Positions 11,990 to 24,444 of a stretch of DNA of 64,000 bases are shown here, one piece after another. A model generated the notes under the pieces. It was not told the origin of the DNA. It worked only from the letters and a program-made list of their open reading frames with translations, and searched no databases. How positions within the stretch are numbered: position 1 is the stretch's first letter; the number at the start of each line of letters is the position of its first letter. Position numbers and translations under genes: made by a program. Source of the stretch: Rhizophagus irregularis (lineage: Eukaryota); contig NC_089432.1 in assembly GCF_026210795.1 (NCBI RefSeq), positions 5,580,001 through 5,644,000 on the forward strand, in the 5' to 3' direction.

Positions 11990-14900
11990 AATTGAAGAAA
12001 TGGGAGCAAATGGAAGATTTTTTCAAATTGAAAAATAATTAGATTAAGCATTTGGCAGAAGACTTTGGCACTGAATCTGAGCCAAACCCAGTGCCCAGAT
12101 CTCAGACTTTATTGCCTCAGCATAAGAATAGCGATTATAAACCCTTTGAGTCACAAATTGTGGAAAATGGCGAAATATCTAAAATTACCAATATGTATAA
12201 CTACTAAATTTTACTACGAAGCAGTGATCATCCTGTGCAATAGCTAATTCGATTGAAAAATCTTCTAACTATAAAAAATGCATACAGATAATTTACTTGA
12301 TCTAAATTAATACAATTTATTCTAAAGTCTTCTGATTCAGGATCTCAAAAAATGTTGTAATATAAATGATATATGGGAAAGAGAAGTGAATCTTGAATGG
12401 TCCAAAAGAATTAGTCTCAGAGATTTTCAATTTGGGAAATTAGTTCAAGGCAATAATATGGTAAAAGACTTTTATTCGAAACTAAAAGAGTGCAAAGCAT
12501 CATATATGGATTAGATTTACTAGCGTTAGATGAGATGGTCGAATGTTTAGTTTGATAAAAAAGGGAAAAGAATTAGGGATCGATATTACGTCCGTGCATA
12601 AAGATTATGTTATTAATCGACAATTTATTGATAATCAGGATTTGTTATTTGATAGGGGTGTTAAAATATCATCCGAACTGCGAATTTATACATTGATTCT
12701 TTAACCTGATCAATGCCAGTCTAAAGCAGCTCAGAAGAATTTTTTGCTGAGCCGCATACATGTACTCATATGCGCCTAAACGAGCATATCTGCACAATTG
12801 TTAACCCCCTTTTTCAATTGAAAATTCTTCTTATATAATCAATCTATTAGCAAAATGTTTGACGAGGATATAAATGCTGAAAAGGAGAAACCTTCAATGA
12901 GTTTATCAATGAATACAGTCAAAGAGAGGAGGATTGGTGTATTGAGCTGGCTGGGAGGAACTTTTTTGCGACATCAAAATCTATTGGAAGACAAAGGCAA
13001 TCAGGCGTTGGAGAAAGAAAACCCTTGAGAAATTTGTATATAGTCTATCCAGTGTAAGGAATCCAACATCATTATTCGATGATTGGTTATTTGGGAATTT
13101 GGTTTGATTATCTATTTAGAGGCTCATTTGATTGTGTTAAAAAAATTGGTCATTTTCGTTATTGAAGTCCTGTGGCTGTATTCAATCCAATGCTCTTTAT
13201 CTTCCGCAAATTTAAAGCTTGATAGAATTGCCATATAGTGCTGAGGAACTTAGATTGGAAATATGGCCGGATGGTATTGATACAGACGATTAGGATTGGA
13301 TGATGTAGATAAGTTACGGTGTGGGTTATTGTTTCAAGGCAAAGACTCAATAGCGGATTATTATTCAAAGGTAAAGAGATGTAATGATATTGTCAATCTC
13401 TGTAAAAGACATCTTGAAAGTGAATTCTTTGATGGACCGACGCCAGAAAATAAAAGGCATATTGCAAGATCTGGATTTTATCATGTTCATGATCTTGATA
13501 AAACGGTAGAAATGCTTATTAAGAAACTGTGCCTGATTTTATTACCGCATTTAATGATTTTCTTAGACAGGCTGGTGGTGCTCAGAATATTATTATTTCC
13601 GCATTTCTTAGTAGGGAATTAACACAGCCCTTTATGTACTCTACCGATCTAACTAGTCTGATCTCCAAGACTTTTTTGCTGAGCCACAAATTGTGCGAAA
13701 AAATAGATGATCACCAAACAGATCTGTGCGACATATTAATTTTTGAATATTAACCTCTGTTCTTTATTTTTTCCCAAACAAATGACCAGAGGAAGAATAG
13801 TGTGAAAGAAGGTTCACATGCAACACAGGACCTTTCCCACATCTGGAAGGTAAGTAAATAATGCCGACAAAAGCATATGTTATGAAGGGCTGAGGAATTC
13901 GCAATTCCGAGATCGCCAACTTTACGTCTTTCTGGTAGAACTTGGGTCACTCTGTGACCTCTCTCCATGTGAAGAGGTATGAAGTTTCCGTATTCATGTG
14001 CTTTTGCTTTAGCACCTTTCGGCCATAGCTGATCACTCTTCTTATCTCCTTCAGCAAGATATAAAGCATGTAGGAGTTCAGCCAACTTTCCCGCGAAAAA
14101 CATTACTGCAAAAATAACGCAAATGTGTGTATGCCAGAAGTTATATATGTATGGGAGCGAGTTTTAGTTTACGATCTCACTATGGGCTCATGTATTTAGG
14201 AAAAAAAGATGTCTTCCACCTCCACTCTAGTTGATAAATTAAAGAATATGAAACGGAAAGTCTTATCAGGAAGATCCCAAATTAAAAACGCATAGAAGTT
14301 GGTGACCTTTTACGAAGCTTGAGGAAGAAAAAATCACTGGTAATTCGGGAATACGGAATGACATTAAAGACAAGCATTAGAACTTGAGGATTATATTAAG
14401 GAGCTGGGTGGGTGATTAATTTAGTCTCAGGCGCTTTGCATAAACGTTCTAGCTGAAATCTAATGAGCGTTGTTCTGACTGTCATTACCTTTGGTAACAG
14501 GTGTTCGAAAAACTATAACAGATTTAAAAGATTATCTTCACCCTCAAAAAAATAATTAGTATTTTTATTCACATCATGTAAGCGATCTATTCGCAAATTT
14601 ATTTTTGTATCAGTTGCTTTCGGCACGTAAATAAAGTATTATTATTTTATCGAATACACACGAGAAGCGAGTCACGTGTAATGATACAGAGGCCATCATG
14701 AGCCCTTTCACAGAAATAATTTTATAATTTTATCCGAGCTAATATCCCTATAAAAAATGTTATATCTGAAACTAATACTCCTGCTTCCACCTCTACCTCT
14801 GTTGCTGGAAATGAGACGGTCACGCTAGCGGACGATATTAAAAAATATAAACGAAGGAGCTTATCGATTTTTTGCGACTTAGAACTTGAGGAAGAAGACT

Positions 14901-15200
14901 TGAAATAATTCGCAAGCAAAGAGTTAATTTTCAAGACATTTACAGAAAATTTCGCTCACAATTCTGTCCTTTATGCAAAAAATATCATGAAGATCTGATT
15001 TGTGAATGGTGGATCGATAGTCAAGAAAATAAAAAATGTTATTTGACTTGTGATAATATCAAAGCACCGGGAAGTCCGGGAGCTCCATTTGAGGAGGTAT
15101 TAGAAGCATATTCTGAGAACACAGTCCTAAATCAGTCTATCCTTTGAAGCTACGCTCTTAAGTTCCCTGATAAAGTATAGAGTATAGCAGTAAAGGCGTG
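11990..15200. pseudogene. Mosaic of decayed multi-copy gene fragments (two gag-like pieces, two SAM-like N-terminal pieces); probably a large mobile-element remnant
   Basis: Higher GC than flanks. Two related broken frames: ...GKLVQGNNMVKDFYSKLKECK (~12430-12500) and ...GLLFQGKDSIADYYSKVKRC...SEFFDGPTPENK (13320-13460). Two related frameshifted starts: MSSTSTLVDKLK (~14209) and TSTSVAGNETVTLADDIKKY (~14790-14850). Many stops and frameshifts. Confidence 0.5.
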
Positions 15201-17060
15201 AAAACATATATAGAGAGGGTTATTTTATTTCATATACAGTATTGCAAGAGGCAACATTTATTGCATAATATGTAACTTTCTTAAAAAATGTTTCGCAAAT
15301 ATAAAAAAGTGTTTTATTTGTATGAATAAGTCAATTTTAATTTTAATACATTAAAATTCGACTATTTCGACCATTTTGAGGGTCAAAATTAACCTAATTT
15401 CGGTTTTATGTATACTTTCTATATAAATATATACGTATTAGAATTAATATTAATCCTAACTAAGCATCTCCTATTGAATAAAAAAGATGTCTAAAAAAAA
15501 GATTTGCAAGTTTGTCATCATATGATCATAATTGATTTCAGATATAAATATGTCTAAAGTTCAAAATTAAAAGACAAGGCTAGATTTTTTTTTACATATA
15601 ATATATGCTATAAAATTATATAGAAATTTGCAAATCTTTAAAAAATAGTAAACCTGGTAGAATAAAACTAATTTGAATAGATATATTAGCAAAATAGGTT
15701 ATAGCTTTATATTTTATTAACTTTATATAATAAATTTAAATGTAATTAAAAACTGAATCACTTTTTAATATTAATTTATTACTAGTTTTTATTTTTAAAA
15801 TTTAAATTTAAATGTTAATAAATTTATTTTACTTAAATATATATATTTAACTTTATTTTAATTACTTTATTAATAGAAAATATTAGACATTATTATTATA
15901 AATGTTTTTATTGAAATAAATTTAATATTATAAGTAATATATAATATAAATAATTGTTATATAAATTATTTAAAATATTTAACTAGTGATGGCAGGTTCA
16001 CTGTACCAGCATTATGATGTACTTTTGGCCAGAATTAAAAATCTAATAAATATTGACTAGCATTACATCATAATTTTATCATCAGTACTGGTGATATTTA
16101 GCAATACCCAAATATTTATATTAAATTATTAAATAATAAAATAATATATTACCATTTTTTTAAGTTTGCAAAATTCTATAATAATCATATGGCTGATTAT
16201 TCACTTTTTAGTTAAGTCAGCTGACCAAAATAATCGAAATAATTAAACGTGTTTCTGCAAAATGACAAAGAAGATTACGGCAAAGACGAATATTATGGCA
16301 AAGAAGAAAAGAAAAGATGATGACAAAAAAATTCTACTACCGCTATTAAATAATAGAGCGCTGTTTTTCAAACCGATTAAACATTACTAGGTGTAGGAAC
16401 GATATCAACTTTTATTATTATTTCAATTTAAAATTAAATATTTTTTTTGTAAAATACATTAAAAATATATTTATATTTAATAATTAGTCAATCGTTTACC
16501 TGAAAAAGTATAAAAATTAAATTATTTAAATAGTTTTGTGCCACCAAACATTACTCTCGGAGATGACATACAAGGGCGTGACAGATAGATACTGTAGAGA
16601 ATTAGAGTTATTAGACCCAGTTAAAATAGTTAATGTCGATGTGAGTAAATGTATTTACAAATGAAAATAAGTTTCGGTTAATTGGTATACGTTGCTTTCA
16701 GACTAGTGATTTTCTATGTATTTACTAGTAGGTATTAGAATATGAAAGAGTATTTGTATTTTATCCGGAAACAAAAAACAATCAAAAATAAATTTACCTT
16801 TTTAGTAAAAGTAAAATAACAATTTTACCAAGAAATAAATTCTCACAGTATTTGTCACTGTCAGATTTAAAAATAATACTAGAAATCCCAATGTAAATCC
16901 ATTAATAAGCAAGTAGTCAAAAAACAATTTTACCTATTTTAGTAATAAACATCATTTAAAGATATCCGCAGTACGTAAAATTAAAAAAGTTCCTTTTTTT
17001 TCGAATCAAAAAAATATTTTGGTTTGGTTTGAGAGGTTTAGATCCTCAATAATAATAAAA

Positions 17061-18719
17061 ATGTTAAATTACATTACTCAAACCTTACGTGCGATATTTT
17101 ATGGTACGGCTTTATTCAGGTTCGAAATTTTACAACTTTTTTAACTTTTTTTTTTTAAATAAGAATAACTTTTACTTTTGCCCGAGATGTATTTTATAAT
17201 AAAATGAAAATAAATTGTTAAATTGTTCTTTGATTGTTCCTTTTAATTTTGATAGTTTTGCTATTAGTATTAATATCGTTCAGATATGTTCTATGTTATT
17301 GATACCGTATTCAAGAAGACTAGTATGGGACATTAATTCTAGAGGGGCTGCTCAAAGCATGTGGTGGGTCATGCAGGTACGAATATCCTAATTTCTTTTT
17401 ATATATATTATTCTAATTATTGTCCTCAAAAACTTGAATTTTTTTATCTTCAGATCTATAATTTTTTTCTTTTACATTAAAATACTTAGTATATATTTGA
17501 AAAAAAACATAAAGGAAATATTACATTTTCAGGTGATAAAGTTCCACCAGACGAAAGTGCTGTAGTAATTAGTAATCATAGAAGTTTTACAGATTTTTAC
17601 ATGTTGCACTCAGTTGCTATTCGTAGGAACATGTTACCTCACGTTAAATATTTTTCCAAAGATTCTTTAAAATATGTACGTATAATATGAATATATGTAT
17701 ATGTATTTATATTTTTATTTGGAATTGAATATTTAAACATTTTTATTTTTGATTTTGTGATGTAGATTCCTTTCTTTGGATTTGGTATGTGGGTAGGTTG
17801 CCATTTTATTTAATATATTATTGATTTTTCTTTATTTTATTTATTTATTTATTTATTTATTTTTTTTTGAGATTAACTTATTTCTTTTAATATTTGATTT
17901 AGCTTATGGGTATGATTTTCATTAAAAGAAATTGGACTCAAGTAATTATAACATTAGTTGTTGATATTAGTAATCAATTAATCATTCTATTGAAATTTTT
18001 AACAAATTCCTTACCTTCTTTTTGTTATGGTTAGGATGAAGGACAGTTAAGGAAAATATTTAAAACAATTAAAAGATATGCTGCACCTATTTGGGTAGTT
18101 AATTTCGTCGAAGGAACTAGATTGACTCAAAAGAAATTACAAGAGGTAAGTAAATAAATTTTTTTTTTTTGATTAGATCGTATTGTATAAATTAATAAAT
18201 TATTACTATTATTATTATTTAATTAAAGAGTCAAGCATTTGCTAGAGAACGTGGATTACCTATTTTACAAAATCTTTTGTTACCAAGAACAAAAGGTTTC
18301 GTTGCATGTATACGCCAATTAAGAAATACTCATGTGAAATACGTATATGGTATTTATCTAAAACTCCTTCCTACTGAAATTATTCCTTTTTTTTTTTTTA
18401 ATTATGTATTAATTTTCACCGCACATTTTTGATTTTGGGTGATAAAGATTTTACTATCGCATATCGACATATTAAAAAAGGATTGCAATGTCCACCAAAT
18501 TTATTACAAATTCATTCACTTCCGATTATCACACCTCCGTGGTATTTTCATGTACATGTAAGAAAGTATTCTATTGAAGATTTACCTAGTGATGAAGAAA
18601 AACTAGCTGAATGGGTTAAACAAGTTTTTGTTGAAAAAGATACTATTTTAGAAGACATGAAAATAAAATGGACTAAATGTGAAAAATTAGGTGAAATTCG
18701 TACTGAAAAATATTTTTAA
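17061..18719 (+). CDS. PlsC-family lysophospholipid acyltransferase (LCLAT1/AGPAT/Cst26-like), about 8 exons
   Basis: Spliced translation shows catalytic NHRSFTD (NHx4D), KDSLKYIPFFGFGMW, FIKRNW, FVEGTR and LLPRTKGF motifs; GT-AG introns. Confidence 0.92.
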
Positions 18720-19360
18720 ATAACTTTCTTTTTTTAAGGGAAAAAAAAGTTTGTTATTATGAAACAATAGAGTGAAGATGCGTATGAATATAATTTTTTT
18801 TTTTTTTAGAAATGCTAAAACTAAACTAATAATTAGTAATTAATAATTTATTAAAATTAAATAAGGGAATTCTTAATTCACATTTGCAAACATTGCTAGG
18901 AGGTTTTGATAATAAATAAAACCAGATCGGCTATTTAAGTGATCGACAGTTATCCATTTTAATCATCTTATCATTTTTATCGTTTTATCAATGAAAATTT
19001 GAACGTACGAATTTTTATATTTAAGGAATCTATCAATCAATATTACTAAAATTTTTATTATTCTTTTTTTCTTGATATTTTAAAATCTTTAAACCCTGTA
19101 ACAATTAAATCTTAAATAGTGTTTTTTGCTCATTAATATAAATGATTACTTCCTTATAAAAGAAATAATGAATGTTCTTCAGGTTCTTAATATTTTTTTT
19201 TTTTTATATTCTATATAATATATAATATTGAAAATTACTATTAAAAATTCTCTTTTACTTGAAAATTTTTCTTGACTGAAATAAAAAAAAAAATTGTTCA
19301 ATAAAAAATGTCTTTTAAATAATTTAAATATATTTTTTTTTCTCTTTCCTTTTTTTAAGG

Positions 19361-21764
19361 TTAAACTAGGAATGTTGTATCCACATTATGGGCAAAATCC
19401 CATATGATTATTTTTTGATCCTGAGAACAGCTTATAATTTTAGTGGTATTGAATTGAAGTTTAAAAACTCTTTAAAAATAAAAAAAAAATTATTTATTAA
19501 AAAATGAATAAAATATTTTACTAGACATTTTAATCAGAAATTTAAATATTTACCTGCTTGTATGTCCATGAATTAGATTAGATTGTAATTCTCCTGTTTT
19601 AAGATCCCAAACTCTAAGGGTTTCGTCATAACTTCCACTAACAATCCTATTTTTATCAAATTGTAGGGTTCTTACAAGATCAGTATGACCAGCAAGAGTG
19701 GATAAACAAGCTCCTGTATGTACATCAAAAACTTTTATAGTTTTATCACTTGACCCAGAGATAATAATATTTCCATCAAATTGGATACAGGCAATTCCTC
19801 GTGAATGTCCATCAAAAGTACGAAGACATTGTCCTGATGCTAAAGACCATAATTTAATTGTTCGATCTCCCGAAGCTGAAACAACATAATCATCTTTAAA
19901 TTGTATAGCATTAACTGCTGCACGATGTCCGCATAATACTCGAAGACATGACCCCGTCTCGCGTCTCCAAATTCGTACTGTTCGATCTTTTGAACAACTT
20001 ACGATATGATTTTCATTAAACCGTAAATTCAAAACACTTTCACTGTGACCCTCCAATGTACGTATAATTTCTCCCGTAGCTAAATTCCAAATGATAATTG
20101 TAGCATCGCTACTTCCACTAACTATTATATCATCATCATATTGTAAACATAAAACAGATTGTCTATGTCCACGATATGTTCTAATGCAATAGCCAGTTTT
20201 GATATCCCAAATTTTAATTGTATCATCACGACTTCCACTAATAATTTTATGTTCATCAAATTGAACACAATATATGCTTTCGGTGTGTCCTGGTAACTTT
20301 CGAATTGAATAAATACCTTTACGCCAATGATGTTCTAATAATGATCTTTGTTGATACAAGTATTTCCAATTAATTACAGGTTGACCAGATTCATTTTGAT
20401 GCATAGGAAGAATGGGAAGATTATACGGAACATAAGCAGATGGAGGAATGAGGAAATGAGAAGGAAGAGGAGGTGAAGGTAATTGTGTAGTTGGATGATG
20501 TAATAAACTCGTGGAACGTCTTATAAATTGATTGTCGGCTGAAGAAGACCTATCTGAAATTGGAGCGGAGACAGTTGATAAAGATGTTGACGGAATAGCA
20601 GATGGTATATTTATGCTACTCTGATTAATTTTGGTTCTTGAGTGTGATGATACACCATTCCATATATCTGAATTCAAGTCTTCTTGCTGCGAACCGCTCC
20701 CATCATTTGTTGGAAGCAAATTTACCTGATATGTTGAAGGATAGTGAAATGATTGTGAATCTAAAAGAATCAGATAAATTAATTATTAACAAACTTAATT
20801 TTTAACCAATTATACTTTCAATAACTCACTTTCATTATTGTATTGTGAATTTAGATCTTGATCACTTTCAATAAGATCATCATGAATATCATCCAATTCA
20901 TAATCGTCATCAGCTCCCAGTTGTTGTTGAGTGGATATTGTTTGATCAGGATTTTTCCCTCGGTTAAATGGTGAATTCGATCTGTTACATATTGGTGTTT
21001 GAAGGTACAATTCAACCATTTTTGTATTCACAGTCCATCCGTTTTTAAAAAATAAATTTCTCCATAATGACCCATCAGAACTAACTTTTCTCCATTGTTT
21101 AGATACACATGCGGCTCGACCAAGAGTCCGTGCATCAAGAAAAGAAAGAATGTGGATTGCCAATTCATATGGCAATAACTAATTTGGTAGAATTAATGTT
21201 GAATCTTTAAAAAATTTCAATATAAAACGATAAAAGCTTTTGTTAAAAAGAAATGACATACGGATAAAAAGTCTCGATGGAACAGGGGAGACAAACGGTT
21301 GTGCAACTGTGCGATTTTGGGGGTTGGAAGCGTCAAAAGAAGCTGAAATGCGAATTCTGATTTTAAAATACCAAGAACAGAATTAGCAATAGAACATTTA
21401 ACATTTCACCAATCAAAGCTATAAAAAAAGTCTTGAATACAAAAAAAAAAGAATTCGATAAAAATTTCCTTCTTGAAGTAGGCGTAATTCAGTATATCAA
21501 ATCAATAGACAAGTCTCAAGACCTACAGCTTTCTTGATTAGCGGAAAGACGAAGAAAAAATCAATTCGATATAAAATGAAAGAAAACCTTACCAATTCTT
21601 TGTTCTTCGCTAAGCGAAGCTATCCAGGAAGGAATTTCGAATTCATGTTTTACTTCTTCATAACCATCGTTATATCCTTCATCGGTTGGTGATTCTAGGA
21701 ATGTAGTAACCCTTTCTTCAATCACAGTTTCCGAAATACAAGCTGGGTGGTTTTCAATGTTCAT
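19361..21764 (-). CDS. F-box/WD40-repeat SCF substrate receptor (beta-TrCP/FWD1/Pof11-like), 5 exons
   Basis: RDFLSLLPYELAIHILSFLD F-box, then seven WD40 repeats (GHTESIYCVQFD...SGSRDDTIKIWD, GHRAAVNAIQF...SASGDRTIKLW, GHSRGIACIQF); last exon VFKLQF...IIIWDF. Confidence 0.93.
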
Positions 21765-22113
21765 TTGTGAAAATTTAACGGACGATTTAGATAGGACGAA
21801 ATCTATAGTGAAAGCTAGTTATTATATATATATGTGATCAAAAATTGAACAATGATAACGGTATGAATGGAGATTTTAAAAATCAGTAATTAATTGAATT
21901 ACAAACAATGAAACATGAACTTTGAGCCGTTTCCTAATTTAGTTAGTTCGTGAATAGCTTGTTGCAGATAAAAAGAACCCTTAACACAGCCATCGCTGTA
22001 TGGTTGACATATTAAGTTTACAGACTCATTATAAGCACGTGTTGAACCTTTTTGGAAAATAAATCAAAAAAATTTTAAAAAAAAATTTTTATAGGTTTCT
22101 TCTAGATTTCCAC

Positions 22114-23859
22114 ATGGTCTATACACCGAAATTAGTTTCGCAAAACAAGTCTTATCTTGTAAATAACGTTAATTCGTCCTCGTCTTATCAAAGCAATGAG
22201 GGCTTCAATAGTAGTAATCAATGGCTGCGAAGGCGTTTAGAACAAAGTCAAGAGATTTCTTTCGCGTCTGAAGAAGATCAGTCTTCTCCGTTACTAATGC
22301 GTGGAAAAAATAGAGCACGATCTACAAGCTTCCAACCTTTTAACATACTAAGTCCTGTATATGAGCAAGTAACGTCGTCTGCGTCAACATCAACCTCTCC
22401 AACAACACCAACAGCACCACAGTTCCAGGGCTTGTTCGGAGAGCATTCACGAACACCACTTCAATCAATACAATCTCAACCTAGATCAGATATTAATACA
22501 ACAACAGGACCTACAATAAGAACTTTTCAGAACACTTTTCAACAAGATACAAGTAGGCCTACGTCTGTTGCGCCAATGTCTCAGAATGTAATATTAAATC
22601 AGTCGCAATCTCGGGCATACGTGCCTATCACTCAATCGGGTGTTACACCGATAAATTCACCAATGTATACTAGTCCTGCTGGGGTTTCAGATTCGACCTT
22701 TAATGTATTAAACAGTCGGTTCGAAAGACAACAAATTCCAATATATTCAAGTGGGACAAATTTAATTGGACGTGATATTTCAAATGTGAATGCTCGAATA
22801 GCGGAATCTCCCCTTATTCAATCAACACCTGCACCTAAACCAAGACACCAACAAACACCACCACGTAAAGTGGAGAAGGTGCCATATCTTGCGCGTCTCC
22901 TAATGATCGAACAAGAATTACCAAAGAATGAATATGAAGTGGAAAAAAGTAATAGTATTAAGACATTGTTTTTTAACTTTTGTTTAGGGATTTTTATAAT
23001 ATTTCTTACTTCTACTAAACAATATCGGTATGTTTATTTCATTATAGTTATGTTTCCGTTTTATTATGTAATACTAATTGTTGTAGTATTTAAAAAGGCG
23101 ATTTGAAAATTATTATACAAGTGTCGTAGGTAAGTTTATTTAATTTGAAGATAACAAGATTACAAGATTTAAATTATGGATTTGACAATTTATCTCTTAT
23201 TATACAGGATATTTAATGTTTTGCATACCTGCATTCTACATACTTAAAGTATTTTACACAAATGTTCAATGGGCTAGAAAGAAAAAACAGATTGATCAAC
23301 TCAGAGAAAAATTAGGTAAAATCACATACTTTATATCATCAATTAAAAAAGAACTGTTCCCAAGATAATCTTTTTTTTCGCCCTTAAAGTTAAGGAATTG
23401 GAACAAAATAGTTCATATGATACTTCAAGTTTCACGATCAGTCCATCAGGAAGATCCCAAATTCAATCAACACCACGACCTTCAAGAAGCACTACTACTC
23501 CATTGACAACTGTGCAAAATACCGTTGTGTCATCAATCCCTTCACAATCTACAATACTTCCTTCTATCCCTTCTACGTCGATATCAACATCAACATCAAC
23601 ATCAGTTATGGGTCCACCTTACACTGGCGGCTCAACATCTACTTCAACTATTGTCCCTTCCACATCTTCAGCAAGTTCATTCATTAATGCTTGGGGTTCT
23701 CCTAGTGGAGTGCCTTTTCCACAGCGAATTCCTCCTACAACAAAGTATCGGCAAGCACCATATGTAACTCCATCAAGGATTGATGAAAAATTGATTACTA
23801 TTGGTGGTATTTCAGCCCGGTTACCACCAGAACCAAAACCTTCAGATCGAGAAACCTGA
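22114..23859 (+). CDS. Hypothetical protein: Ser/Thr/Pro-rich disordered arms around two hydrophobic helices, 4 exons
   Basis: 330-aa and 153-aa ORFs joined through short exons at about 23098-23129 and 23208-23316; central segments TLFFNFCLGIFIIFL and GYLMFCIPAFYILKVF. Confidence 0.75.
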
Positions 23860-24294
23860 ATTCGATGCGTAAATGATAAAAATCTGTATTAAATTTTATT
23901 AGGATTATTACTATATATATACTGTAAAATAAAATTTATTAAATTTTAATACATGTAAATGAATCATATATAGCATATATTTATTTAAGATTTCCACTTT
24001 TAAATACTACCATATAACATGTTCTATTATGGTATGTTTACTCTAAATTAAATATTAAAATTACAAAAAATTTTTTTATTCTAATATAACGCCACAAATT
24101 CAATGAATTTCTATTGACATGTAATATGTATATGATGTATATAATAAAAATTCCCTTCAAATTTGTAAAATATGATAGACAATTATATTTATGTTGGATT
24201 AAAAAAGATAAAACAGAATAGCAAGCTACCACAAAGTCCTATTTATATAATGTAATTTTTACTAAATAACCGTTCCATTTACTCCCTTTACAAA

Positions 24295-24411
24295 TCACTC
24301 GTTCCCCGTCTCTCGGTAACCAAACACTTGTTGTAATCTCAAAAGTTTTTGTCTATACGCAATGTCTAACAAATAAAATAAAAAATTAATAAGCAAAGTA
24401 AGAAAAAAAAA

Positions 24412-24444
<33 letters not shown>

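Noticed and set aside
15984..16110. TAGTGATGGCAGG hAT-like terminus
   Set aside because: No partner inverted terminus or 8-bp target-site duplication found.
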